DNA of 64,000 bases from contig OZ234493.1 of NCBI GenBank assembly GCA_965153455.1, positions 13,382,213 through 13,446,212 on the forward strand. Direction: 5' to 3'. The notes beneath the pieces were generated by a model. It searched no databases. It saw only the letters and a list, made by a program, of their open reading frames with translations, and was not told the DNA's origin. Below are positions 51,681 through 64,000 of this stretch, in pieces. This DNA is from Sphagnum compactum (Eukaryota). Position 1 is the first letter of the stretch, and every line of letters starts with the position of its first letter. The translations under genes were made by a program, and so were the position numbers.

Positions 51681-54489
51681 CATGAGTACAATTTTGGATG
51701 TAACATTGTTATGTAAATAAGAAATTAATATCATGAAATATCATGGCTACCTTTGTGGTCCAATCCATGTCAACTTTGCATACTTGCAAACCCTAATTTT
51801 CATTGCATTGTAAATGTTGGGTGTGCTCGGCTCATCTTCTAGCATGTACATGTTTTGTTGTTACATCAATGGTGTTTGATTTTTCATTTATTTGTGTAGT
51901 GAAGTTGGATTTAACAATGTATTACAACTTACAACATTAAAGTTCATATTTTGCATTAAATATGACTAGCTTTCTATGTCGAGGGTGTGTGGGTGAGGTA
52001 TGAAGTGACAAGTGCATGTTGAATCCATAAGAAGGTTTTCAACCTCAAGCAATTCTTAGTTTCCATGATGTCAACAAGTTGTTTAATTTTTGAGGAAATT
52101 TCATTGTTGGGTAGGTATTTGATTTTGTCAATAATACTTGGTTTTGGGTTTTTAATTATTTTAGAATTAAAGAAATTAATTTCAGTATTTTGAAAATAAA
52201 AATAAAAATCAAAGAACCACCGATACATAACCCTGATTCAAAAAAGATTCGAAAAAGTCAAATAACTACCCAAAAAATGCCTTGTGAATAAAAGAAACCA
52301 CTTATGGGCTCACACATATGTGATATCATTTATTTTCTTCTTTTGTGTGATTCAAAAAACCATTTGCATGCTTGAAAGTATGCAATATAATTTTTTCTTC
52401 TTCTTTTATGTGCGTCCAAAAAACTACTTGTGGGCTTGCAAATATGCAATCCTTTTAAATACTTAAAATATATTAGAATTTAAAATAAGTTTGACATTTT
52501 CAAACCTTTGTAATATCAAAATTTATGTCTTGAGACTTTTTTAATTTTGGAACTCGTAATATGTAATGTAATTTAAGTTTGCTAGTGACAAAAAGGTTCA
52601 TTTTTATTGGACTGGATTTTTTAATCATTTATATATTTAAAAACCCTCAAATAAAAAATTGGGTATTTTCAAAATTTTGAGTTGTTTTGCATATTGAAAC
52701 TAGAACCACCAGTTGTACAACTAAGACCCAAAACCAGTTCAATTTGAAATTAAGTTTCAAATTTGCAAGTTTTTGAGTTGTTTTGCATATTAAGACCAGA
52801 ATTGCCAAATTTAGGTTTTAATCCCTATATTGCCAAATTTAATTCTTCGTTCAACTAAGGTGTAGGGTCCTAAGTCTACCTAGGTCATTTTCATTTAATA
52901 AACTTATCTAGATTCTTTTTTTTTATTAATTGATGACGCTAAATTTTTTTAATACGATCAACATGATCGTACATACAAAAGAATGGGGGAAGATATGGGG
53001 TGTTCAATGAAAGGGGGTTCAAATGTTCAATGATGAGTGAATTAAATCATATTAAAATTGAGAGCTTAAGATCTTTTATCTTTGCAATTGGAATATGAAG
53101 AAATTTTGTAAAGCCCTAGTTGGCGCACCCATGAGGTTTTTTAATGACTAAAATCAGACTAAAAGTGATGAATATATGGGGTTGCTAGAACTAGCGAGGG
53201 TTTAGGGTTATGGGTTTGAAAACCCAGACCAGATGGACCATTGGGTAAAAATCAAGATCCTCGCATACCTCTCCAAGAGGCTTAATTTTTTAATATATAG
53301 ACTATAGCCTAAATATTCCTGTCAAAGGAAAAAGGTCATCAATGTACTTAATTTCACAACCGCCTTAAAAGGGGAAAAAATCAAATAAAAATCAATGTAC
53401 AATAGCCAATTTTGCAACCCCTAAACCCCCCTTACATTTTGCAACCCTAAACCCCAAAACCCCCTCAAATTTTGGAACCCTAAACCCCTTAAATCTCCAT
53501 ATGTTGTTACAATTTTGTTCCCTGTATAAATCACCTCTAAAAATGTCCAAGAGTGCTATTGTAGTCACCACATAAGCCAATTGCAAGAATCATGAAAACA
53601 AACACTGTTATAGGGGGTTTAGGGTTTATGGAGCTTTCAACTAGGAAGGGCTTGCTCTTTTACCAGTTCCAGCACCATGAAGCTAAAGAGGGGAAAATGC
53701 ATTAATGGGGCAGCATTTCAATGGCCCAGGGGCTCCCCAACTCTGGAGAAAGAACAAAAGAACAAAGAACCTCCTCTGGACTCTGGGGGAGCTTCAGTAT
53801 AGCAGGTTATATTATGAGAGGGAAGGGGGGGGGGGACTTTCAGGTTGTCATAATAAAGAGTTGATGCAGGTTTTGATTTAGGTTTTTGTGTTATGATTAG
53901 GGTTTGGATTGGATCCAAAGTAAGGGATTTTCCAAACCACAGTGGAGTGGGTTTTTTTTGTTGCTTTTGTTGTATGGAGTCTGTAATATGTATAGGTATT
54001 GTTATTAGGTACTTGTCCATGTGCAATCTTGTGTCATGGATTTTCTGTGCCTGAAGTAGATCAGTTTTTGATTATACAAATGTCAGTTTGTATGTATGTT
54101 AACTCTGATCCTAAGAGCTTGTGATGAGTGAGCTCCCCCCCCCTCCCACCCAGATCTACTACACAAATCAAAATCCATTTCTCAAGATAGAGAAAAACAC
54201 ACATGATCTGTCAAAGCTGCCATGACTGAAAAGCTTTCTGGTCACAGAGAAACCAAAGCCTAACTGCCTCTCTCTCATAGTCTCCTCTTGGGTTGGAACT
54301 AAGGTTGCTTAAGTCCTTACAAATCAAGGCAATTTGGATGTCGACAATGATATAATGGCAACTGTGATAACAATAACAAACCAAAATTTAGTGCAAGTTT
54401 TGACCATTGCACTTGAAGCTAAGGGCATGGGTACCTATTATGATCCATATTAATTAGTTGAGAAAACATATATATATATAGATATATGT

Positions 54490-54895
54490 TTGCAATGAGC
54501 CTATTCGATTGATACATGGGGAAAACAATTTTGAAACTTTGAAGACTCCCCCAACATAGAAGTATGCAATCGAAACATATGAATCTATATTGGCCGGACT
54601 ATAAGTTCCAAGAGAACAATGTTGGGCAAAGCATATGGTACAAAGTGAGGTGCTATTGGGAACGTGTCGAGCAAGACATTGGGAACATGGTGAATATATT
54701 TGGATCACATTGGGAACTTGAAAGGAACACATTGGGAACCCAAAAAAACCAAAAAAACCCAACACCCACATACCCTCCCCAAAAGAAAAAAAGAAAACAA
54801 CTGGGTCTAATGGGTGCATGTTGCTTGCATTGCTTCATTGGATGATATTCTCCAACTGTGTTCATCACTACTGTTTGCCTAGCCTAATACCCACC
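54490..54895 (+). repeat. Dispersed repeat family (ATTGGGAAC-rich), copy 2
   Basis: CAATGAGCCTATTCGATTG...CACATTGGGAACTTGAAAGGAACACATTGGGAAC...CTAATACCC, similar to 23360-23822. Confidence 0.7.
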
Positions 54896-57414
54896 CCTTC
54901 CAAGGATGTAGATGTAGATACCCATTTTCAAGAAGCTTTCAAGAAGCTCTTACAATAATAAGTGTCTCATTAATCTCATGTAAGCAGCCATCATTATGCA
55001 TTGTACATACCCTAATAAAACTCTGCACTCTTGGCTTTTGGGGGGGGGGGGGAGAGAATGGGTCATTGAGTGAGTGAGTGAGTAGTACAAACCTTGTCAT
55101 AAAATCAACTTAGAATCCTATTATTGTTTTACAACAACCTCTGTTTTTTTGCAACTGAACCAGGTGGGAAGAAAAACAGCACTTTTTTTCTTTTCAGTTT
55201 GATAACATCACCTGAAAATTTATTGCTACTACAAATACAATCCAGTTTGCATGCAAGGGATATTTAGGTATCTACTCTACCTTGCCCTCTCTAGTAGTAT
55301 AGACTATATCTACCTTTCATTCATGATCTCTATCTAATCCACCCAAGACTTATAACCAAGTCTTTAAGGACACCCACCACTTTCAGTGTGTTTTGTCTTA
55401 CATTGCAGATGGACCTTTTCTCATGAGTGCACAGCTCCCACACAAGACTCATAATTAACTGGACCATGGTTTGTATCAGCCATTTCTTTTGTGGTAATTT
55501 TTTTTGCAATTTTTGCAAAAAGCTTTTTGAGAAAAACCTTGGAAAACCCATGTTCTTTCCAGCAAAAAATGTCACCTTTTCTAAATTAAACATAGAGATA
55601 CATAGGGCATATTTATTAATTATATAGGGCATATTTAAGTGATTCACACACTAGCCAAATTTTCATTTAGAGCATGCACAATGGTGTGTTGTAAACAACT
55701 CTACATCGAACGCATAGAGCATATAGCAATACAAAGTGGGCCACAATGCACCCCACTTGCAGGCTGGCTTTGCAAATAAGTGATATAGCCCATCAAAATT
55801 TCCTCAAGCCCAAAAACACCATGGAAAGTAGAGGTCTAAGGGTTTTGCTTTGTACATTGCAATCAATCACAACAACAATGGCTTGGATTGAAGATGGGAG
55901 CAAGACAATGATTGAAGGTGGAGTGCAACAGTGATGACCTTGATTACAAGTTGGAATGCAACAACAATTGCTTTGATTGAAGGTTGAAGGGTTGCCATGG
56001 AGCATTGCAATGGGAAAAACTATGTGTGAAAGAGGAAAGGGAGTTTTGTTGAAGGTTTCTTGTAATATCTCAAGATCCAATCATAAGGAATGGCCAACAA
56101 TCACTTGCAAGCCCTATGCTCCAATCACAAGCCATAGGGTGAAGCAAATTGACCTAGATTTGAAGTTTAGAAATGAAATGGGGGATTATTACGCACAATG
56201 TAGCAAAACTTGTGGGTTGTTTAAACTTAGTGCTTGCATTGAATGAATTTGGAACTTTGCTTGAGGGTGCCTTATAATCAACCTTGTAGTTAAACAAGTT
56301 CAAGCACCCCAAAAGTGCATCATTATGTTTCATTGGTAGTTGATTATTTCTAAAAGACATGCCCAATTGGGTTGACACAAATAACAACACAAACAAAACA
56401 CCTTTGACGAATTGTTCAAGTTGATTGCTTATGTAATCGCATTACAAGGAACCAACAATGCACTTTTATGAGAATCTTAGAAAGCAATGGGTGAGCCAAC
56501 CATGTTGATGTGGTAGAACATGATTGGTTTTTCAAGGGAAATATCATTGATTCCATGATTTATAAGTCAATATAAATTTTTTTTCTAAAATTATAATCTT
56601 CAAAGTGTTTCAATATATTACTATGTTAGTGTGTATTAAATTTTTCTCAAAAATATGTCATTTTCAAAAAAAATAATGTCCTTAATTTTGAGAGTTTTTG
56701 AAATAATGAAAACACTAGTTACATTGTTTTAAATTTTTTTGGGGGTTTTATACAAAAACATTACATTGATTACAAAATAATCTAGATATGTAACCATAAT
56801 GTATTCTGAATGTTGTAGATATAAATAAGTCTAAAACTTTCAACAACTTAAGTTACCACCTAAAACTATGAAATTTTAATCAATGGTTATAGTTGTTTTA
56901 ATACATATTAGCATAATTGAACCCTTGCCGATAACATGGTGAAAGGGTTTGAGCTAGATTGTGAATCATGGAATCTTTGAATGATAGTGAAAATAAGCAC
57001 ACAAGTGGCCACAAGCTATCAAAGTGATGGAAAAAAAAATGTAAAAATTAAAGAATGTGCCCTACATTCACAAGCGAAGGCCACCATTAATATGGCAATG
57101 ACAATTTTGATGAAGTTTGAAAATTTTAAAAACTAATTGACATCGGCCTTTTTCACCATGTCCAATGGTAATTAATTTCAACATAAACACAAGAGTACCC
57201 TAATATCACATGGCTCTAATGTCACTTGGTTGAAAGTAATAGGTTCATCACCATGACAACCAACATTAATACGATAACCACACCCCAATCAAATCTAAAT
57301 TTGAACATAAATCCAACACCTCAAGACAACAATCTAATTCCATATGGGAAGGTGTAACAAGTCAAGTGTAAATTTTGTAATTTTATTGAAGGATGAAGGG
57401 TGAAAATCCTTTAA

Positions 57415-57654
57415 GGTGTACCACACAGGACAAAAAGGGCCTAGTCCTTTTTGTAGTTTTTTTTTACACTATATTTTGATCCCCATAAAAAATAATGAAT
57501 AAAAAATTTTCAAAATTTTCAAAAGGATTATATTTTAGACCATTACAATTCTTGATTTCATCATAATCATCCATAAATGTGTTTCTACATGGTAAAAAAA
57601 GGATTAGGTGAAAAAAACAAAAAAGGGTGATTTGTGACAAGATTTTGATACACC
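57415..57654. mobile_element. 240-bp MITE flanked by TTAA
   Basis: TTAA|GGTGTACCA ... TGATACACC|TTAA; the symmetry extends a further 2 bp into the flanks (CTTTAA / TTAAAG). Confidence 0.55.
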
Positions 57655-57767
57655 TTAAAGAATTTGGACCCTAAGATAAGCTTATGGTGCCAAATAGATT
57701 TTTTATGGAGACATGCCAACTAAACAACGTGGTAACTATTAAATCTATGGGCATGGCATTAGGGGAA

Positions 57768-58291
57768 TACTACATCACAAACTTGTAATTTCATGACTTA
57801 ATAATGGAAATTGTATAAAATTCATTCATTCATAATTCATATGTTTTACACATTAATATCGTGCATTGAAAACACATTTGCGCATGGATTTTTAATAAGA
57901 TGCAAAATACATGTGACATTTGTTCATTCATAAGTTTGTACTTCATTTGTCAACACATTCATCCATGTGTCAAACATATTTTCAACACATGATATTGGTG
58001 TGTAAAATGTTCATCCGTCAACACATTTATCCATGTGTCAAACATGTTTTCAACGCATGATATCGACATGTAAAATGTTCATTTTGTCAACACATTACCC
58101 ATGTGTCAAACATGTTTTCAATGCATGATATTGGTGTGTAAAATGTTTATCCATCAACACATTCATCTATGTGTCAAACATGTTTTCAACAAATGACATT
58201 GGTGTGTAAAATGGACAAATTACCTATGAATGAATGAACTTCGCACAATTTTCATTATTAATTCGTTGCATATTAAATTTGTGATGTACAT
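57768..58291. mobile_element. Small CACTA-like/foldback element with ~65-bp TIRs and internal 68-bp tandem repeats
   Basis: TACTACATCACAAA...AATTCATTCATTCATA is inverted as TATGAATGAATGAA...TTTGTGATGTA. Four copies of TCAACACATTCATCCATGTGTCAAACATGTTTTCAA..CATGATATTGGTGTGTAAAATG at ~57950, 58018, 58087 and 58154. Confidence 0.7.
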
Positions 58292-61200
58292 TTTGAAGAT
58301 GAATCAACTTGTATTCAATGAATGCTTGCATGTGCAAAGGGGAAATGATTCTATTTGGCAATAAATAGTTAAAGGTGTTATGGTGGAAAGGAAAAAAAAC
58401 TTGTTCAATATGTGTTCATCTTTAATTGTTTTTTCAAAATAGCCCCATGACTGAACATGAGCAAATGCAATATTAGTTTGCATTCCCCAAGGTGCCTAAT
58501 ATAATTGTACCACCCATCCAAACATCGAATCATAAAAGCACATAATTAGGGCAAACGAAAAAAAGTTGATTTCGAAAATTAAATTCGGTGTTACTACTTT
58601 GGTGAAGACCCAATAAGTACCTTGGTTGAACCATGTTAATAGGAGCCATCGGCACCTTTGGAATCACATTGTGACAAGTTTTTTTACATTATTTTACAAT
58701 GCTTAAATAACACTTAGACAAATTTTTACAATGTTTCACTATGATTTCTAAACCTGAAAAACACTATCATAGGTTTTAAAACATGTTGAAAAATATTTTA
58801 TATTTATTGAATTACTTTTAAATTTATTTTGATGTTAGATTGATGTATTAAAAAGATGGGCATACAAACAATTTCCACGTTATTTTAGTTTATGAATCTT
58901 TCAAAAATGTAAAAAAAGGATTGGTTACACCCAAGGTGACTCTTATTAGCATGGTTTGACCCCTTACCTAATTGGGATCCATTGTACGCCCCATAAAACC
59001 AACATTGTAATGCATAGTTTGGCTTTTATGCCAATGGTTTTGAAATTGGGATATATCTTTCAATCATTTTATGCGTACTTTTCTAGCTCTTTAAAGTGTC
59101 ATCTTGAATTCATGTAATTTGTTGAGATTGTGAAATTAAAGGGATTTCAAGTTTTTTGAAATGTGAAAATGAAATGGATTAACATGTTGGAACATTTGAA
59201 ATGGGTTTGGAAATACTATAAGATTCTAATTACTACGTTGGTGACTAATATAATCTTCATGAAATTAACCAAGGCCAATTTGGTGAATTTAAATGCCATC
59301 GATATAATCTTAGGTCCATGTGTTTTTCTTATGTTTGAAGTCTATCAATGATTTGATAAAGTTTACACAAGCAAAAGATGTTTTCACTTATGATTACATT
59401 ATAGGTGTAAAAAATTGTTTAAAAGATTTGTACAAAATGCATAGTGATCTAAACAGTTCATTATAATCTTAAAGCTTTCTTAAATTTATTAACAAACTAG
59501 GGTACAAACTAGGGTCATATTAACACCAAATGTGTTAGTTTTGACATCAATGTTGTTTCAACCTTAGCCAAGTCTAAAAGTCACTCTCATCCTAGCCCCA
59601 TTCCAAATATCTTGCACATGCTTGTAATCTTGAAATGTATGGAGTTAGGGAAAACGTATTTGGTTGCATTTCATTACAACATTAAAAATTGACAAAGTAT
59701 TTACCCCTAATACCTTTCAACAAGCCCAAGGGGACAACATACATATCTTAATGTCACATTGATTTAGGGTCAACCTAAGGTCAACATAAGGTCAAAATAA
59801 TTACGCTTTTACAAGGGTAAAATTAGTTAACCCAACAGTGACCAACATTCTATATATCACCATAAAAGTTGGAGGATTGGGTTGACTGGGTGGACTTGGA
59901 TCATAGTCCATATGACGATTGAAGTTTAATTGCAAGAAGAAATTCAAATTGTCAAAATGTGATGATTGCATATTGGTTGGCATCTTTGGTGAAAGCACAT
60001 TAAGGTGGAGTAATTTTAAGCACATGTGGAAATCCATAATTGTCCAAATTAATATTGTGGAGGCATGATACCTTGAATCACATTAACCATGTGAAAAGGT
60101 GTCGTTAGGCATACATCATTAGGACTTTGGCAACCTTAGTTTAACTTATCAAGATATTATATTTGAAAGATGAACATGTAAATTATTAGATTTAATGAAT
60201 GTATGAGTTTTGAAAAAAAACATATTTCAATGTACATCTTACTATTTGGTAATCAACATTATCTCAAATTGTCTTCATTAGTATCAACATCATCACACCA
60301 TATTAACATTGAATCTTTTATTCATTAACGAGCATTATATGAAGGTGCATTGAATCCATATTCATTTATTACGGACTATTACAAGTTATTTGGTAATGTA
60401 TTAAAAGACTTATATGTCATGGCGAATCAAAATTTGTTCATGAAATACTTACAATGTGATTGTACGATACAAAAGATTATTATATTGAATCCTTTTTCAT
60501 CTTAATCATTTTTATGTATCTCCATGACCAATTATAAATTGCTAAATCCTACAAAATTTGAAGGATTTAGTTACAACATGTCATGGATTGTTTAATGTGT
60601 TTTCATATTCTTCATGGTTTGATTTTCAAAAAATATAAAAAAATAGAGTTATCCTTAAAATCATACCCAATGCAACTCTTTTTTGGTACCCTTTTCATTG
60701 TCACCCCCTTTTTGTTGTTATCTATAAAGTCCAAAAACATTGATCAAATAACAAAACTCAACATAAGATTGTTGAATTTTGCTATGATTTACATCTAATG
60801 ATTATGTGGTGGAAACCATCCTTTGGTTGTTTATTTCAAGATTTGCATTGAAAACCACATCTAGGACTTGACTCCTTTTATAATTTGTGGAGGTGCAAAA
60901 AATAGTTTGATTTTAACTGTGACACCAAATGCAAATCAATTAAACAATTTTATGTTCACCAAACCATTTCAACCATTTTTGGACCCCTAATGAGTAATTC
61001 CATCCTTTTGTCTGGGGTGCTTTATGATTAACTTTAATGGATTGAAGTGGATTTGGGTCTTAGTTCCTATAATGACTAGAGATTAATCTTTTTAAAAAAA
61101 ATCTTGTCCATACATATGTGACAACTAAATTTTTATTGACATTTCAATGGTCAAGATTTACTTATTTATTTAACTTTGGTCAAGATTGAAACATTGTTAT

Positions 61201-61990
61201 GACATGGACGAGGATTGGGCCTATGTGGCTAACATTTTAACTTATCCAAGTGATGACTAAATTTCAGTTGCCATCTTGATAGTTTGGATTTTTTTTTAAG
61301 TTGATTTTTTTTCACAAACAACATTTTGGTTGCTATCTAGCCTAGGGTGTCCATAGGGACAGGACTTAGATTCGCCCCAATTTGAGTCCATGTGGCAATT
61401 AGACTTTAGTTATGAATAGGAAAAAAATATCTTAAAAAGTTTTGACTATTGAATTGGTGATTAAATTTAGTCACACTACATCATCTATATGTTTTAGATT
61501 TTTTGAAAGTGTTTTTTGGATTGGAATTTGGTCTTCACATGGACCAAGATGGATTGGGTGGATACTTTGACCAAATGACATTATTGTACACCCAAAGAAC
61601 TTGGTACATTTGGCATTTGGATTTTTAAATCGTTTTTAGGGCACATTTTGGATTTGCAAATGTCTATTTTCAAGCTATAAGTGAAGAGTCAAGCTTCCAG
61701 GGCCATTACAAAGCCTAAAAATGAAAACCCAATCATTAAGTTGTGGAATCAACTTGTTAAAACAACATGTTTGTTGTTTGTCTTTCTTAGATCATGAAAC
61801 TTGCTAAAATGGCCATTGTTTATGTCATTGGGCTTGTGGAGATGAAAGAATGTTTTTATGAAATCCAAGTTTTGGAATCAATTGGTAGAGCATTTGAATA
61901 TTCCTACATGCATGTTTGCTAAAGACTTTTTCATTAACTTTCTCTTTCCAAGCTACTATTACAAATTGGAATGATGGAAACAAGGTTAAA
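58290..61990 (+). mobile_element. Fragmented hAT (ZNF862-like) transposase remnant, split by nested insertions
   Basis: 58970-59480 reads IGIHCTPHKTNI...QSFYAYFSSS.K.HLEF...NVKMKWINML (cf. NVKTRWISM). 61650-61990 reads NPIIKLWNQL...KLAKMAIV.VIG.VE...MKSKFWNQLVEHLN...W. Confidence 0.7.
58622..58962. mobile_element. Candidate Harbinger-like MITE
   Basis: GGTTGAACCATGTTAATAGGAGCCA vs inverted TGACTCTTATTAGCATGGTTTGACCCC followed by TTA; the left terminus is degenerate. Confidence 0.5.
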
Positions 61991-64000
61991 ATGTGAGTTA
62001 ATGCATGATTTCTAATATTATAATTGCCACTTTCTTTTTGTGAACTTCAGGTTGTAGTTGTTTGTTGTTTTCTTACTAAACTAGTTGCAAGTTGATGTCA
62101 ACAAAAAATTGTTGTAAGATGTGCAAGTTTTCTTTAAGAATCATTTGCACATGACGAGCTACCATATTCCAACTTGCAACATTTTTCTATAAGTGTTTGA
62201 ATTTTTTTGTATTAGATTTGCATTCTAATATGGTTTCAACCTTAGTAATTTTGTTTCTATGTCTCATCAAGAATGATTGATGGATGTGTTGGCAATTAGT
62301 TGCAAGGATATAATTATAGTTGTGTTTCTCATGGGTCACATTGCATAATCATGTTTTGTTTATGCATGTCTCTTGAGGTAGGTGGATTGTTGATTCTCCA
62401 CAAGAGAACAAGCCAAATTTCGCTACATGTCAAAGTAAAGAGGAGAAATTTATTGAAACCTTGCTATGTACTAATGAGTTGCAAGAACCTATAGTCTAAA
62501 AATGACAACCTAAATCCTTTTTTTCTCCGAAATGTGGTGCAAAAATGGGGGATTTTCCCATAAAACCCTTTGTAGAAGTCACAAGCCCCTTTTTTTTTGG
62601 GTCACCAATTGATGAGGTGAAAAAAAAGACATGGGGTTCAAGTCCTTACAAGGTGCTTAGACTTAGTAATCAGCACTTACATTTTAAAAAATTACTTATA
62701 AAGACCACATGTTGCACAATTGCATAATAACATAATTGTATGTGGAACATCTAAAACCTGAACACTTCTACACATGTAGATTCTCACATTCCCTTGCCAC
62801 TCATGCTACATATTTAGAGTAGTTATAAAAAGAAACAAGCCTCTAACCTTTAAACAAAGGCAATCAAGGAATTAAATGTTCCTGAGACTTTTGAATGTTC
62901 CATTGACTTAACCCATTGCCCCACCATCATTCACCCATATGACAAATTCTTGAAATGTGGACCTCCCTCTAGTGCCAAACAATTTAACTAGGCTGACCCA
63001 TCATGGATATATTATGCCCTACAAAAACTTCATTAAACCTTCGTCTAAGCATCTAGGCTATCTTGTTTGTGGGAAGTCATTGTTATCACATGTCGATCTA
63101 ACATATGAAATCAAACATCACCCTTTTGGACAAGAGTACTTCTTCGAGTAAGGTAGAACTGTAACAACATCATTAAACATAACGACCACTACCACCACCA
63201 CCGTTTGTACTTACTTTGTTTTAGAGTAAACACAAAGTATGAAAGGAAAAAAAAAAAGGGGTGCCATTACATGTGTACCTAAACCGTGAAGTACACATTA
63301 TCACTTGCACATGGAACATGAACAACCCCAACTACAATCTCATTCAAAATGGGCTTATTATACCTATTGAGTAAACATTAAGACTGGTATATAACAAATA
63401 GCACTTGCGACCTCAAGTCTCATACTACTACTTAGTACTACTCAATGGCCATAGTCCAATGTACATGTTTTTTTGGGCAAACAAAATAAAACCACCTTTC
63501 TATATACTTATAATCCTTATTGGGTACTTAGTACTTACTACTATCAAACATAGTTTTTTTTTTAAAGTACTCATTTCTTTGTTGTTTGTGTAACCACAAA
63601 GATTTGAACAACTGCTACTACATAGGTACTAAGTACTAGTTACTACTTGTAACCCATTTTTTGTTGGTTGTTGAATCCAATTCTTGATGTCTAATCTCTT
63701 GAGAACCTAGAGTTTAGAAATGACCATTTTGTGTTCATCATAAATGCTGCAAGTTATGATTTTGAGAGTTCATAATGATGCATGATTGGTATGTGGTGTT
63801 GGGGTTAACGCCCAAGAAATTATACTCATAAGGGAACAACAACAACTTCTTCTCTAGGTACCTCTTGTATGTGAGTTTGTCAATGCATTGAATTGGATGG
63901 GGTCCTTTATTAGGTATACAAGAACTTCTTGGGGATTGTTCCATCACATTATATACCCTACATTCAACACATTATATGTTTTGGCATCCCTTGTAGGCTT

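Noticed and set aside
57950-58215. Regular 68-bp repeats (also the 101-bp and 39-bp arrays) as a CRISPR-like array
   Set aside because: No unique spacers: whole units are repeated. The context is eukaryotic and there are no cas genes.

Overview
AT-rich, intron-containing land-plant nuclear DNA. The gene and repeat style suggests a bryophyte, possibly Sphagnum-like; this is inference, not a database result. Three genes look intact, all on the minus strand: a 2-exon ubiquitin-RPS27a fusion, an 8-exon ferric-chelate reductase (FRO6/7-like) and a single-exon DUF2828/vWA (TROVE-like) protein. There are also decayed gene copies: a soluble starch synthase II pseudogene, a PRP31 first-exon fragment, a coiled-coil gene fragment and a possible LRR remnant. 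The SSII and PRP31 copies carry a strong CpG-deamination signature. The rest is dense, nested TE debris: three hAT transposase remnants, an L1-type LINE remnant, Harbinger/Tourist MITEs, a ~4-kb foldback-like element, a young non-autonomous Helitron whose empty site survives next to it, a TTAA-flanked MITE and several short tandem duplications. No rRNA, tRNA or CRISPR array was seen. I found no clearly new multi-gene system; the best leads are the methylation-decayed gene copies, the DUF2828 gene, the Helitron and the foldback element.
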